A stretch of DNA of 64,000 nt from assembly GCA_047495785.1 (NCBI GenBank), contig JBLDXI010000013.1:2542001-2606000 (forward strand). Reading direction: 5' to 3'. The position numbers were made by a program, and so were the translations under genes. This document shows positions 24,728 to 36,837 of this stretch, in pieces. Under the pieces are notes generated by a model. That model saw only the letters and a program-made list of their open reading frames with translations. It did no database searches and was not told where the DNA came from. The stretch is from Lepidodermella squamata. Lineage: Eukaryota; Animalia; Gastrotricha. How positions within the stretch are numbered: position 1 is the stretch's first letter; every line of letters begins with the position of its first letter.

Positions 24728-26848
24728 ATGTTGAAACTACTGCTCGGTGTTGTCATATTCGCAGCAATAAGTTGCGAATCGTTCTCCGAACAACCGAAAA
24801 CCTTCGCGAATTCGGTTCGCTACAAGGCGATCGAGCGATTGCTCGTGACTAACAATGGAACTGACCTGAATTTCGATGCTCTCGAAGATTTCTTAAACAT
24901 GATCATCGACTACGATAAGCAGGCCAAAGTTGAGAAAAAGTACCGCATCACAGAAAATGGCAACGATATCGGTCGATCGAAGCGATCCGTCCCGTCAAAA
25001 TACCTCGCAATCAATGACTACCTCACCGTTGGTCGCCGGCCTTCAACCTCGGAGTACGAACTCTACAGTTCAATTTGCGACATTTGCGCAACTGTCGTCA
25101 CTTTGGCGGCGCCAATTTTGAACATCGATTCAGTTTGGCAACGGGCTATACCAGTCGCAAAAGCAATCTGCATGTCCCAATCGGTTTTCCCGCAGTATGT
25201 TTGCGATGGCTTCGTCCTAGGATTCGAGGACACAATTCACTTCATCCTGCCGACTATTGCCAAGTCGCCTTACGTTGTCTGCGATCAATTTTTCAAATCG
25301 CTAGGCTGCGGGCGGCCTGATGATCAATGGGAGTTGTATGAAATTACGATTCCTGATGTTCCAGCTAGCCTTCCACCTAAGCCTGATCGAACCCCTGAGA
25401 AGGACACGTTGAAGGTCCTGCTAGTAACTGACATGCATATCGACCCTGACTATGAAGTCGGTTCAACAGCAGTTTGCCGCGAGCCAATGTGTTGTCGTAA
25501 TACCTCGAGCCCTCGAGACGTCAATAACCCAGGAGAAGCCGGTTATTGGGGCGACTACCGCGACTGTGACCTGCCGAAATGGACGTGGGAAGAACTTCTC
25601 CGCCACGCGAAAGAAACACATGGCAGCGAAATCGATGTCGTCTACATTGCAGGTGACATAACCCCGCATGACGTTTGGAACCAGTCGAAGGAGATTCACC
25701 AGCGGATGATTGAAAATATGGGCAAGTCCATGGATAAATGGCTGCCTGGGACGCCTGTTTTCTATACGATTGGGAATCACGAGGTGGTTCCGGTTAATCT
25801 TTACCCGTACCCGGCAAGTGCCGAGCGATTTTCGGCTCAATGGCTGTATGATAAGCTCGCAGATACCTGGATGCAATGGCTGAAGGATGAAACCGCGAAT
25901 CAAACTGTTAGATAGTAAGTATTGGAAATCCCAAAAATTTTGGTCTAATTTTCTTCCAAAAAAGTGCTGGTTTCTTTACGACTGTGCTCAAGCCTGGCTG
26001 GCGGCTAATTTCAATCAACGACAACTTCTGTATTGGGGATAACTTGTGAGTTATTTTCCTTGAAGTTTTGAATCATTTCAATTGTTATTCGCAGTCTGCA
26101 GTTGGGGCAATCAAATATCACAGACCCTTGGGGTCATTTGGCCTGGCTTGTTAGCGTCCTGAACAGAGCCGAGGAAAACCACGAAAAGGTCCATATTCTA
26201 GGCCACATTACTCCAGGTGGCGGGTGCCATCAAGCTTGGAGCTGGAATTATTACCGCATCATCTCGCGGTACCACAAGATAATAACCGGTCAATTTTTCG
26301 GCCACGTTCACAAGGATGAATTCATGATTTGGTATGACGCCGAAACGCTAACTACACCGATTTCAGTCGCTTTCATCGGCCCACCGTCGACCCCGTTTTC
26401 CAACAACAACATCGCCTATCGAGTTTACCACGTTGATGGGGCTACTTTCGAAATGAAAGACCACGAAACGTGGTACGCTGACATCGGAGCAGCGAATAAG
26501 GCTGGAAAAACCGATAAAATGGATTGGCAAAAGGAGTATTCAGCCCGGAAAGACTTTGAACTCGACGATTTGACGCCAGCTTCGTGGTCGAAACTAGCCG
26601 ATCGCATGACGGAAGATGATGCGATGTTTGCGAAGTATCGCCGCTATTGGAAGGTAAGTTTGGCTGACGATGATGAGGAGGAGTTGTGCCTTGAAAGTCC
26701 AAGCTGCCGCCGTTATTTGTTATGTGACGTCTACACCGGCCTATCCCGCACTCCGCCAACGTTCTGCGAGCGATTCTTCAAATCGCCAGTTGTCGAAGAA
26801 AAATTCCGAAAATGCTCAACTCGATTTCAAAAGTGGGCTGAAAATTGA
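24728..26848 (+). CDS. SMPD1: Acid sphingomyelinase-like phosphodiesterase with saposin-B domain; 3 exons
   Basis: Signal peptide and saposin Cys pattern (CDIC...ICMS...VCDG...VC). Metallophosphoesterase motifs TDMHID, CREPMCCR, AGYWGDYRDCDLP, GDITPHDVW, GNHE, GHI, FFGHVHKDEF. Introns ~25915-25964 and ~26046-26094. Confidence 0.93.
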
Positions 26849-26959
26849 ATCGAAAACTCTCATATCAATTAACGAAATTCTACGCCAATCGTACGATTCT
26901 GAATAAAATTGCTTGAATAAATCGTGGTTATTTTTATTTCAACATGCTAAATTTGATTT

Positions 26960-28965
26960 CTATTTTCTTGAGCTTGTCGGAGGAGCTAGGTCGACTTCAA
27001 GTTGCTTCAGCTGATGGCGGTATTTGCTCGGTAATAGCAAGCTAGAAGACGAATCATTCGGCAGGTAAGGAACCTTGGTCCCCTCTCGAATGCTGTCCAT
27101 CTTATGCGCGACACTGCGGAACATCGGTTCCTCAGCAAGAGGGTTGTTTTCTTCGAATAAATGGCGCCTTCTAGCCGGCAATTTATGCTTAATAGCTTCC
27201 AGCTCTTGGTGGCGCTTCGCTTCAACAGCCGCCACGCCCTCCTGAGCAGCACTGATCAGCAGTTCGGGTACAGTCGGGTAGTGCATTTTGAACTGATTTA
27301 TCCGATCGCCGAGTTCCTTGTAGAGCGTTGAATCGCCGCTGTCTTCACCAGTCAGGCCGTAATTAGGCCTCTGCAGCGCGTTGACATGCCTTCGAGTGAA
27401 AATTTTCGTCAGGAAATGCCGCGCTTTAATTCCTTGAAGTCCACGGCCTCGCGTCAGCATTTTCAACTCACGTAGATCAGCGATATCATCGGCGTCAAGT
27501 TCGCCCGTGTCGTATTGATCGTCGGCGACTCGTAGCGATGGATACTCCTCTCGATAATTCGGCAACCATTTTTTGATATCAGTCGCATCGATTTCGTCAA
27601 GTAAACGCTGAAATTTCGCCATTGAAATGGTTCTCATGCGATTGACCAACCGTGAGGAAGGCCTTGGTGGTTGCTCTGAAATGATAGAAAAATTGAAAAT
27701 ATAAATTTTCAAAAGTTTAAAATATAGGGTCCACCACTAAAAATGAGATTTCAGCACTAAATTTGTCACAGATTCTTTGCGATTTCGGCGTTTTCGGTTT
27801 TCGTTGTTTGATCGAATTTGAGATACTGATGCCCTCCCTGATCCTACAGGGTGGCCACAAAACAGGGTGGCCAAAAAATTGGGCAGAAGGCGAATTCGAT
27901 GCGCATCAATTTAATGAGGAGTTTCAAGAAATGGAGGAGTTCCATTGGCAAAAGAATGCTTGAAATTCTTCAACGTCTTAAAACTCCTCATTAAATTGAT
28001 ACGCATCGAATTCGCCTTCTGCCCAATTTTTTGGCCACCCTGTAGGATTTTGAATTTTAGCTACATGGTCCCCTAAGCTACGTAGAAAAATTATCGATGT
28101 TGGGTTCCAAGACGGCTGATATCGGGAAAATCACTGATTTGTAAAATCGATACTTGGAATCGATATCGGCTCTACAGGATGAAGTGTAATTCGTAAACTG
28201 ACCGCTCATAGCGCGAAGTACGCGTAATATGAAGGTCTATCGGTTAGACATGAAAAAAAATCTTCGAGATTCTATAGTGAAGACTAGAAATTCAAAAAAC
28301 CATATTTAGTGCTGGAACCTTAAATTTAGGGTGCGGACTTGGCACGCCCATTAAAAATATTTAACCTAATTATTTAAATATTATTTTATCTAATTTAAAA
28401 TAAATTGCTTACCTTTTTGTTCATCTGTTTGGTTATTCTGAGGCGGAATTTTCGGAATAGGGTGTGTCAGACTTGCGAACGGATTTTTCGTTGAGGGAAG
28501 TTTTTCGGCTTGAGCATGAATTTCTTTCGAGTCATTCGCCGTCGCTTCTATAGCAGGAAGTAAAGTTCGTTGCTTGTTACTCATAGTTGAATGCTCATGA
28601 GCGCCTGGGACTAATACAACATCGAGATTAACCGCTTGATTCTCAGTGATGGGAGCTAATAGGTGCCTCCGCTTTTCCGGTAATTTTTTTGGTTTTTTCC
28701 TCGTATCGACAGCAGCGCGGCGTTTAGCCTCCAGTTCATCGACACCTTTGGTCTTCTCTTCTTGCCACCATGCCGGTAGAAAATAGCCGGTCGACTTCTT
28801 GATACTGTCAATAAAGTTGTAGGAATCGGCGCGGAAGTTTCGGTACTTGATTAAATTATGCTCAAGCGTCTGGTCGTATTCGGAACATTGATGGTTTAGT
28901 TTCAGCCGCAGCTCCCGGTTCCTGTCCAGGGCCCACATTTCAGCAGTATTAGACACTTTAGCCAT
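26960..28965 (-). CDS. Unassigned two-exon protein (28965-28413, 27675-26960), charged/helical
   Basis: Donor G|GTAAGC at 28412 and acceptor TTTCAG at ~27676 join the 226-aa and 250-aa ORFs in frame (...QK-E-QPPRP). No family recognised. Confidence 0.7.
27847..28042. mobile_element. Tc1/mariner-type MITE (near-palindromic) in intron
   Basis: TA|CAGGGTGGCC...GGCCACCCTG|TA with long inverted arms and TA TSD. The left terminus CAGGGTGGCCA is duplicated. Confidence 0.88.
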
Positions 28966-29811
28966 GAGAGTGGACAGGCGGAAAAAAGTACCTAAACGCA
29001 GTCCATGGTTACGCTCGACTTGGTAAAACGACTGAAATAATGAAAGAACGCGCGCTGCACTCGCCTCCAACGCATCGACCGTCTACGCCCATACATATTT
29101 AATGCCGCAAAATAACGATGAAAAAAGCGAGAATTTATTGTCGAGTTGCTATTAGATGATTGCTTGGTGTGTTTTTTTCCGACATCGCTCAGGTGTGGTC
29201 TGCGCTATCGATCAAGCTCGCTTTAAATTAATTATTTTTCAATTTTCTTTTCCGCCTGTGCTAATATAAACATTTCACTTGCACTTGTTCCCATAACTGA
29301 TATAATTGTCAGATTGGTAGCGGTCATTCATGTTGCGAGATGAGATTTATATTGTTTTCTCATCGCTAGGTCAGTAAAATAGATTTTCTTGGTTCCATCG
29401 ATCAAAAGCCTCGGGACATTTTTTCTATATGAGAATGAGCACCTACGCCCATCTGAATGTGGAACCCAATGATTCCCTTTCCTAAGCCTGAACAGAAATA
29501 AAAAGGCAAGTCCTTAAATCGAAGAATAAAATGTCAAGAAATGCCCGAAGCGAAATCCGCTGGAAATCAATTGAAAATCGAGTGTCGACATTTTTTGTAA
29601 TAAAGGTTCGGATTAACAATTTCATGCGGAAATTCCGCATATTTTTGGCGGTGAATTTTAATATTGTTAACTTGATACGCACTTTTTATCGATCAAAATG
29701 TCGTGTTTATTTACCGATTACCTTTTTGAACGAAAATAAAAAAATAAGCGAAACCTCCGGCTTTGATTCATTGCTGTACACAATTGCGCTTGAGGTTGAA
29801 AATTGAAGAAA

Positions 29812-31032
29812 ATGTTAAAACCCGCGAATATTCTTCTGATCTTTGCCATTGCGGCCTCTTCAATTGGGATAACGAAAGCGGAGGAACCAAAAAGTCTCCA
29901 AGCCCTGTTCGAGAGGTTGGAAACACCTCAACGCAGTATAGCTCTGGAATCAACGGCAAAGCTACTCAATGTATGCGACCATTTCGCAGCAACTCGTTTC
30001 GCCCCGCCACCCCTACCTAGCCAACCTATTCTTCAAATCAAAGTCGCTTTTGAAATGCTTTCTCTGATTGAGCTGGAAACAGTGGATGAAACAATCATCA
30101 CAAGGGCCAACTTGATGATGAGCTGGTCGATTGACAGCTGCCCTCGGAATTCATCCGTCGTAGTGACCAATCGAACCCGGGAAGAAGTTGAAATCACGAA
30201 CTCCACCGACATTTGGCAGCCCGGTGTCCGGTTCGTAAACAGCGCCCAGTCTAACATTTACATGCATGATATACCGTACGGTGATGACTTCTTCGCGACG
30301 ATCAATTCGCGTGACGCCATGAGCCGCGACAGCAGATCGATTAACTTCTACTTCACCCGGGAGGGTTTCTACATCGCCGACTGCGCCCTTGAGCTGAAAT
30401 TGTTCCCGTTCGACTCGCAAACTTGCACGTTTAGTTTCGGCCTCCAGCGATCGGCGAAAATTATCACGTTCCAGAATCCGCCGGTTTTTATCTGGGAGTC
30501 GGAGGCTTGCGATAACACTGATTGGACCTTTGTCAGTCAATCAAGTGGCATTGACTACCAAAAGTTCAATGGTTACAATGTTTCGGTCGTAAATTTCCAA
30601 GTAACTCTAAATCGAGTTTGGATTAATTACATCTGGAACTTGTACATGCCAAGTGCAGCCTTGGCTGCGTTAGATCTCGCGACCTTCTGCCTGCCGCCGG
30701 AGATGCCTGATAGGCCTATGTTCACCGTGACAACTTTAGTCGCGTTGACAGTTGCGCAGACAGACGTGTTGGGAAAGGTGCCAAAAAAGGCCGACCACAA
30801 CTTGTTGAGCAGCTTCATCCAGCGCACGAGCTGGTTCGTCGCCGGGGTGACATTTTACGAACTGTTCACCCTCTGGCTATCGGCGTCCTTTTTCGGCAAC
30901 GGGAAGCGCGAAATGCCGGCAGTTTTTCGCGGCAAACTCACGCTTGTTCGCATACTAGATATCGTCGCTTTTGCTGGCGCCATGGCGGCTTATGCTCTGT
31001 TCAGCTATGACATTGTGTCTCGAATCTTTTAA
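29812..31032 (+). CDS. Intronless Cys-loop (pentameric) ligand-gated ion channel subunit, divergent
   Basis: Signal peptide, IWQPGVRFVN (loop A), Cys-loop CALELKLFPFDSQTC, four hydrophobic segments, very short M3-M4 loop. Confidence 0.92.
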   Translation: MLKPANILLIFAIAASSIGITKAEEPKSLQALFERLETPQRSIALESTAKLLNVCDHFAATRFAPPPLPSQPILQIKVAFEMLSLIELETVDETIITRANLMMSWSIDSCPRNSSVVVTNRTREEVEITNSTDIWQPGVRFVNSAQSNIYMHDIPYGDDFFATINSRDAMSRDSRSINFYFTREGFYIADCALELKLFPFDSQTCTFSFGLQRSAKIITFQNPPVFIWESEACDNTDWTFVSQSSGIDYQKFNGYNVSVVNFQVTLNRVWINYIWNLYMPSAALAALDLATFCLPPEMPDRPMFTVTTLVALTVAQTDVLGKVPKKADHNLLSSFIQRTSWFVAGVTFYELFTLWLSASFFGNGKREMPAVFRGKLTLVRILDIVAFAGAMAAYALFSYDIVSRIF

Positions 31033-31196
31033 ATTTCAGCTTTTCACGTCTCTTTCTTAAAAAAACTTTCTAACCTAATCGTTAAAAACTTGAAATGTAG
31101 CTTCGGAACTTTCTTTGAAATAAAGACGTCATTCTCAGCTTTTGGAGACTAGCAGAACTCATTGGGAGTTTCCTCATATTCAAATCTGAAGTTAGC

Positions 31197-31433
31197 GGAA
31201 CCACAGAATCCACAATATCGCTATTGGCTGGAGGCTGGACTAAAAATTGTTGAAGCACGAGATCGATTGGGTAAATTTTCCAGCATATTAGCGTATATTT
31301 CTTGAAAAGCAGGAAAATCCTAAATTTCTCGGGTTTTATCCGGGTGGCCGAGCATCATTTTTTTCAAATAACATGCTACGAAAAATCTCCCCATCCAACT
31401 TTTAGCCCTGCTAATAGCAATATTGTGGATTCC
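31197..31433. mobile_element. MITE, degenerate copy of the family at 34357-34615
   Basis: Ends GGAACCACAGAATCCACAATA / TATTGTGGATTCC. Internal GAAGCAC...GATTGGGTA.ATTTTCCAGCA is shared with the second copy. Confidence 0.7.
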
Positions 31434-33295
31434 GTCGACTAAGAAAGCCTAATTGAATTTATGAAAATGGACCAAAAGGCGGGTCGAATCTCCTGCGACG
31501 TAAGCTCCCTATCGTCATGGATCGTCAAGCTATATTATTTTAAGGTGCATTGTTTGCGTCTTTGACCACTTCTCGCCTCATTGTTTCGCGAGGGACCTTA
31601 CATGAGGCAGAACTTTTCGAGTGGGAGTTATTGTTTCCTTGTGATCCTGATATACTATATATTAGCTTCCAAGCAGTACTGAAACAGTCCGTCAGCTTCG
31701 CCAATTTTTCTTTCTGATTGAAAAGTAAATCTTTTAAATTTTAAATCAGACTTTCGCACATATTGTTCTTCCTTAAAAAAACAGCAGCATGACCTCTTTT
31801 GTCTTTATGACCTCTATCACTCAGTGGCTCTGGTGCAAAAAATGTCATTGCGTTCCAGGTTAAGTGCCGTATTAGAAGGTTCGCTAGGACGAAACACTTG
31901 TCGCGATGAGACCCATTAAGACTTTCCTGACAGTTTCCACTGCAAAAAAATGAGGGCAACAATTATCACATCATCATGCATATTATGATCTTCAGTTATT
32001 ATGAAACATTATTCCTGAATATTCTCTCATAGATTGTCCCAGATCCTTTATTTTGAATAACAATAGCACAGCTGCTGCTGATGTACAAGCAGACAGGACG
32101 TCTGGCCAATAAGAGTTTTTTCAACAACAAGATGAATGGGAGTGGCGGCTAGTATATTAACGCACTGCATGTAGTAAGGAGGCGACTGTTTTTATACGGC
32201 GCAAGCATATCGAAATACATAGATATATAACAGCAGGGTGTGTTCAAGACGGCGAAAACACGCGCGTTATCAACGCAGCCGTGCGCATCTTTCGTCGTGA
32301 TTATTAGGCTGAAAATCTGGCATCGCCGCCAGTGCACCAGTTGGCACCAGCGCCGCAACGCGATTGGTCGGCGCGAGGCCCGCATTGCGGCGCTTGATGC
32401 GAATAAACACGGTGCTTCTATACGCGATCAGCTTCCGCAGCGCTCGGTGGTTATCATCTGATAAACTCCACGCTATTATTATTATTACTAGTATTATTCC
32501 GCATATAACCACCTCGCCCTACCTGCAGTGGTACATCTTACGGCTAGACGCCAATGCGGCTGTTGATATATTTTCCAATAGTGAACAGCGCAAAATCTTC
32601 GCTTATGATAATAATAATAGCAATAATACTAAAATGCAACCCGGCTGTTTGTACGTACGCGATCTTCCAACTTCAATTATTATCGCCACCAGCTTTACTA
32701 TACATACATATGGCAAATAAGTAAGTATATACCAGCCACATATTACTACCTTTAAGGATCTTATTTTCACGTTTTTATACCCGAGCGTGCTCATAAATAA
32801 TATCGTTTTGCAGAAGGCATTATTGCCGACCGATGAGTTGAGCCAAGGTCTGCTGTGCGCTGCAGAAAAAACTGTTCGATGATGAGCGTACAAAACGTCT
32901 CCCCCGCGCCACATAAAGAGGGTTATATGGCGCGCGTCATTCTCATCGCGCCCCTTCTCTCGCCTCGTGTTTTTTGCGCGTGCGTTTTTTTTGCTACGCG
33001 CACGCGCACAGTGCTTCCAAGTAACGGCGACGCTTCCGCGCTAGCCGCAATGCGTTTTTCTGCGCGCTGCTGCTGCTGGCTCATCGCTGGCGGATAAATA
33101 GTAAAAATACAATATATGTTGAATTATAGCACCATGCTGGGCCCAAAATATTCATCGTAGCGAACACCTTGCCTAATATTTCATAACAAAAGCACTCTTA
33201 ATATAACAACTTCTCGCGCGATAAACAATTCTGATATTTTCGCCTCGTATATAACGTTTTAGATAATTTTTGGTAAATTTGAACTTTTGTAAAAA

Positions 33296-34830
33296 ATGGC
33301 AACAGTTGCCACGGCAACGGCGAAAAATGGAGATGCGACAGCGACGTTGCCTGTAACTACTACCATCACAAAACATTCAGCCTCGAAAATTGCACACAGC
33401 GGCGACGCCAAATCGATTCGTGATCAGTTCAGTGATGAACAATTGGCTGAATTCCAAGAAGGTGTGACATCTAGGTTAAACTCGAATTTTTTTACAAAAT
33501 CTTATCTAATTATAACAGCTTTCGCCCTCTTCGATAAGGACGGTGATGGTAGGATAACAAGTCAAGAATTAGGCACAGTTATGCGGTCACTTGGTCAGAA
33601 TCCGACCGAGGCCGAGCTTCGCGATATGATCCACGAGGTCGATTGTGATGGTAACGGTACCGTTGATTTCGACGAGTTTCTCTTCATGCTGCAACGGAAG
33701 ATGAAGGATTCGGATACGGAGGAGGAACTTCGCCAGGCTTTTCGGGTATTCGATCGAGATGGCAACGGTTACATCAGCGCGACAGAGCTTCGGCATGTCA
33801 TGACAAATCTTGGCGAGAAGCTGACAGATGCCGAAGTCGATGAAATGATACACGAAGCCGATCTCGATGGTGATGGTATGGTCAACTATGAAGGTGAGAC
33901 CTTTAAAATCAGACATCCATACATTTTTCTGGCATTGGAGTTATCAAAACGCTCATTTTCAAGTCAAACGGTTGCGAATTGGGATCCCAACCTTAAAAAC
34001 GTTGTTAGACCCATAAATCCTTTAATATTCTGACCATGAAAATGGGCATATTATGGGCAAAGTAATTCATTCTAACATGAGACATTTCTTCGCTCGAATG
34101 ACCTTGAGCTTTGCGAAGTAATGAACCAAGTTCAACCTTGAAAACAGTGTGGAAAATCCAGACATCGATAATTATGAGATCTAAAGATCTCGCTAGCTCC
34201 TCAGCCTGCTATAGATTTCGAATATGAATAGAAGATTGTCAGTAAGGATTTCGCTCTCCTCGACCGACCCATAACTGAGCTTGGTTCCATCAATTTGGGA
34301 TCTCTGAAGCCAGGAACTGATTTTTAGCGCGCTCAGTGGAACCGAATCAGCTCAGGGGAACCGAATCCACAAAATCGCTAATGGCCGGACTGAACATTTT
34401 GAAGCACGCGATTGGGTAGATTTTCCAGCATTTTAGCATGTTATTTTTCGATAAGTGGGAAAATCTCCAAAAATGGTGCTCGGCCACGCGAATCGAATCC
34501 AGGAAATTCGGGAATTCCAAGAAATAACATGCTGAACTGCTGGAAAATCTGCCCAATCGCGTGCTACACAATTTTTTAGTCCGGCTAATAGCTATTTTGT
34601 GGATTCGGTGGTTCCATCAAGCTATATCGACAATTTTTGGGAGTTAGGTTTAGTATCCATTACTATAGTTTTCCACTATTATTGGGTGAATATATATTAT
34701 CCTTAAAGCTTAGGAAATATTAATTATGGAAATTCGGTTAAACTTTAGGGAATGATGTGCTTAAATTCTAAAAAATTTATAAAATTAATGCAATTTATTA
34801 GAATTCGTTCAACTGATGATGGCTCGATGA
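33296..34830 (+). CDS. Calmodulin-like protein, 4 EF-hands, ~40-aa N-terminal extension; exons 33296-33461, 33519-33893, 34802-34830
   Basis: [43 protein letters not shown]; last exon EFVQLMMAR*. Many substitutions relative to canonical CaM, so possibly a paralog. Confidence 0.93.
34357..34615. mobile_element. MITE with long imperfect TIRs inside calmodulin-like intron 2
   Basis: GGAACCGAATCCACAAAAT...GATTGGGTAGATTTTCCAGCA is mirrored by TGCTGGAAAATCTGCCCAATC...ATTTTGTGGATTCGGTGGTTCC. Confidence 0.8.
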
Positions 34831-36837
34831 TGCGATGATGTCGCGGTCGGTTCTTCCAGTCACTTGGCTGCTGTTGCTGCTGCTTCATTTTACTGTTGTT
34901 CGTTACTTCACAAAAATATTGCGAAAAAAAGTATGTAATATGAACATTTCAATTGCTATTGTTTATGATGTACATTTGATCGTTTTCATCTTGTTCTTTA
35001 TACTTCAACGCTGTTTGTCATATCAGTGAGCGAAAAAAATCAAAAGAAAAACCAAACGCGCAGGATTCGTGTCGAAAATGGCAACTTTTTTTGAAAAAAA
35101 AAACGCAATAAGTATCTCAAGAATATAGAGCTTTTTTAGATGCAAGACTATCTGTTTTTTATAGAATAGGTGGCTAAAATCGTTAGAAGCGTTCTCTTGA
35201 ACACCTCTTGCCATTTAACCGCGTTATTGCTGATTTGCGGGCATATCCTCAGTTCTATTAGGTTTTAGAAGTTCATATACTTATGTAGAGCCTTGAATGA
35301 CTGAAGCAATAAAAAGCGCAGGAATTAGTTTTTTAATATCATCTCGCTTCCTTTCTTTTCATACTACACGTCATCTTTCATTCTCTATAGCGGAGAACTG
35401 CGCGTTTGGAAAAAAAATGGATGCGAAACTCTGAAATCGTCAAGCAGATTTTTACGGCTATTATAGGCTGATATTGAAAAGGTCGCTTATATATGCGAGT
35501 ATTCACTTGAATGCATCGCGAAAAATTAAGCTCATCCTCTCGACTTTATGACTGTTGACTTGATTGTGGTTTTTACGTTCAACTGGAGATTGAAATTGAT
35601 ATAGCCGAAAAATCTCGTCATGCACTATGTGGGATGAAATTTTGATGCAATGACCTGATTATACTACTGGAAAATGCAAATAACTTATAAATACGTCTAT
35701 TGTATGAAAGCATAATGATGATGTTTCGATACGAAATATACGAATAAAACACTCCGAGATTCTAAAATGATTGTTCTCACTGCGCAATTTGACCGGTCAC
35801 CTTAAAATTGCGCGCGCGCACACACCGCTCGTTTGGCACGTGCAAAGGGTCAATAATGCCGCTAATTAACTGGCATAAAGCACAAAGCCCTCGAGATGCG
35901 TGACCCGCTGGCCAAAAAGGTTTCATTTTTCACTTGGTACCTACTACTTGGCAATTGACAGACAGGAAGCACACTCGAGTTCAAAAGATCTCCTCGAGAT
36001 AAAATTTCGTCCCAACGTTTTTACTTTACAAGTAACACCAAGTATAACAATTCATTACACAAGTAGCTACGCATAGAACGAACTCCTTGAGATGGAATGC
36101 ACAGGTGACAAGAAGCGACGTGCCGTTTGAATGCCGAGTTTAAAGATCAAAGAAATCGCGATGAGAAAAAATTTAAATTAATATGAAATAAAGAATTTTT
36201 CCGAAAGAATTCGCTTCTCAAACTGATCTTCAAACGACACAGCCGTCTCGCGCAACTGGAATAGCTTTCGTAAGAAATGACGCATGCATAGCGCGATTGA
36301 GCATAAAGAAATTCTATCGACTATCATCAAATTTTTTCATCAATTTTTTTTCATCATTTTTTTCGTTCACAAGAAAGGCACGAAACATTATTTTTACCGC
36401 AGTTTTATCAATCATAATATATTATTTAAAGAACTCTGAAATTAATTTCAACACGTATTTATAAAGCAACGAAAGAGTATGAAAAACGAAACATCGATAG
36501 GTATAGCAATCGCGCTTGGAGAGCCACGACAAAATCGAGGAGAGAAAGAGGCAAATCCGAGAGAGAAAAGACTGTCACAATCACACCTCATCACTCAAAA
36601 TTCCAAACTCAGCAGGTGTCCAAGCCGCCAAAACCTTTGTCGCTTTTCACATTCACTCAAGACCTGGGTTTTTCTGACACATAAGAAAAGAATTTTTGAT
36701 TATTCTTTACGTAGTTCTTCAGAGCGAAACAAATGTAAAAAGTAGTATTTTTTCATGTTTTATACAATATGTGAATGAGCATCATCATGACTTGATAATT
36801 TTGAATCTGAAGGCTGTTGTATATCAACTACTTGGCT

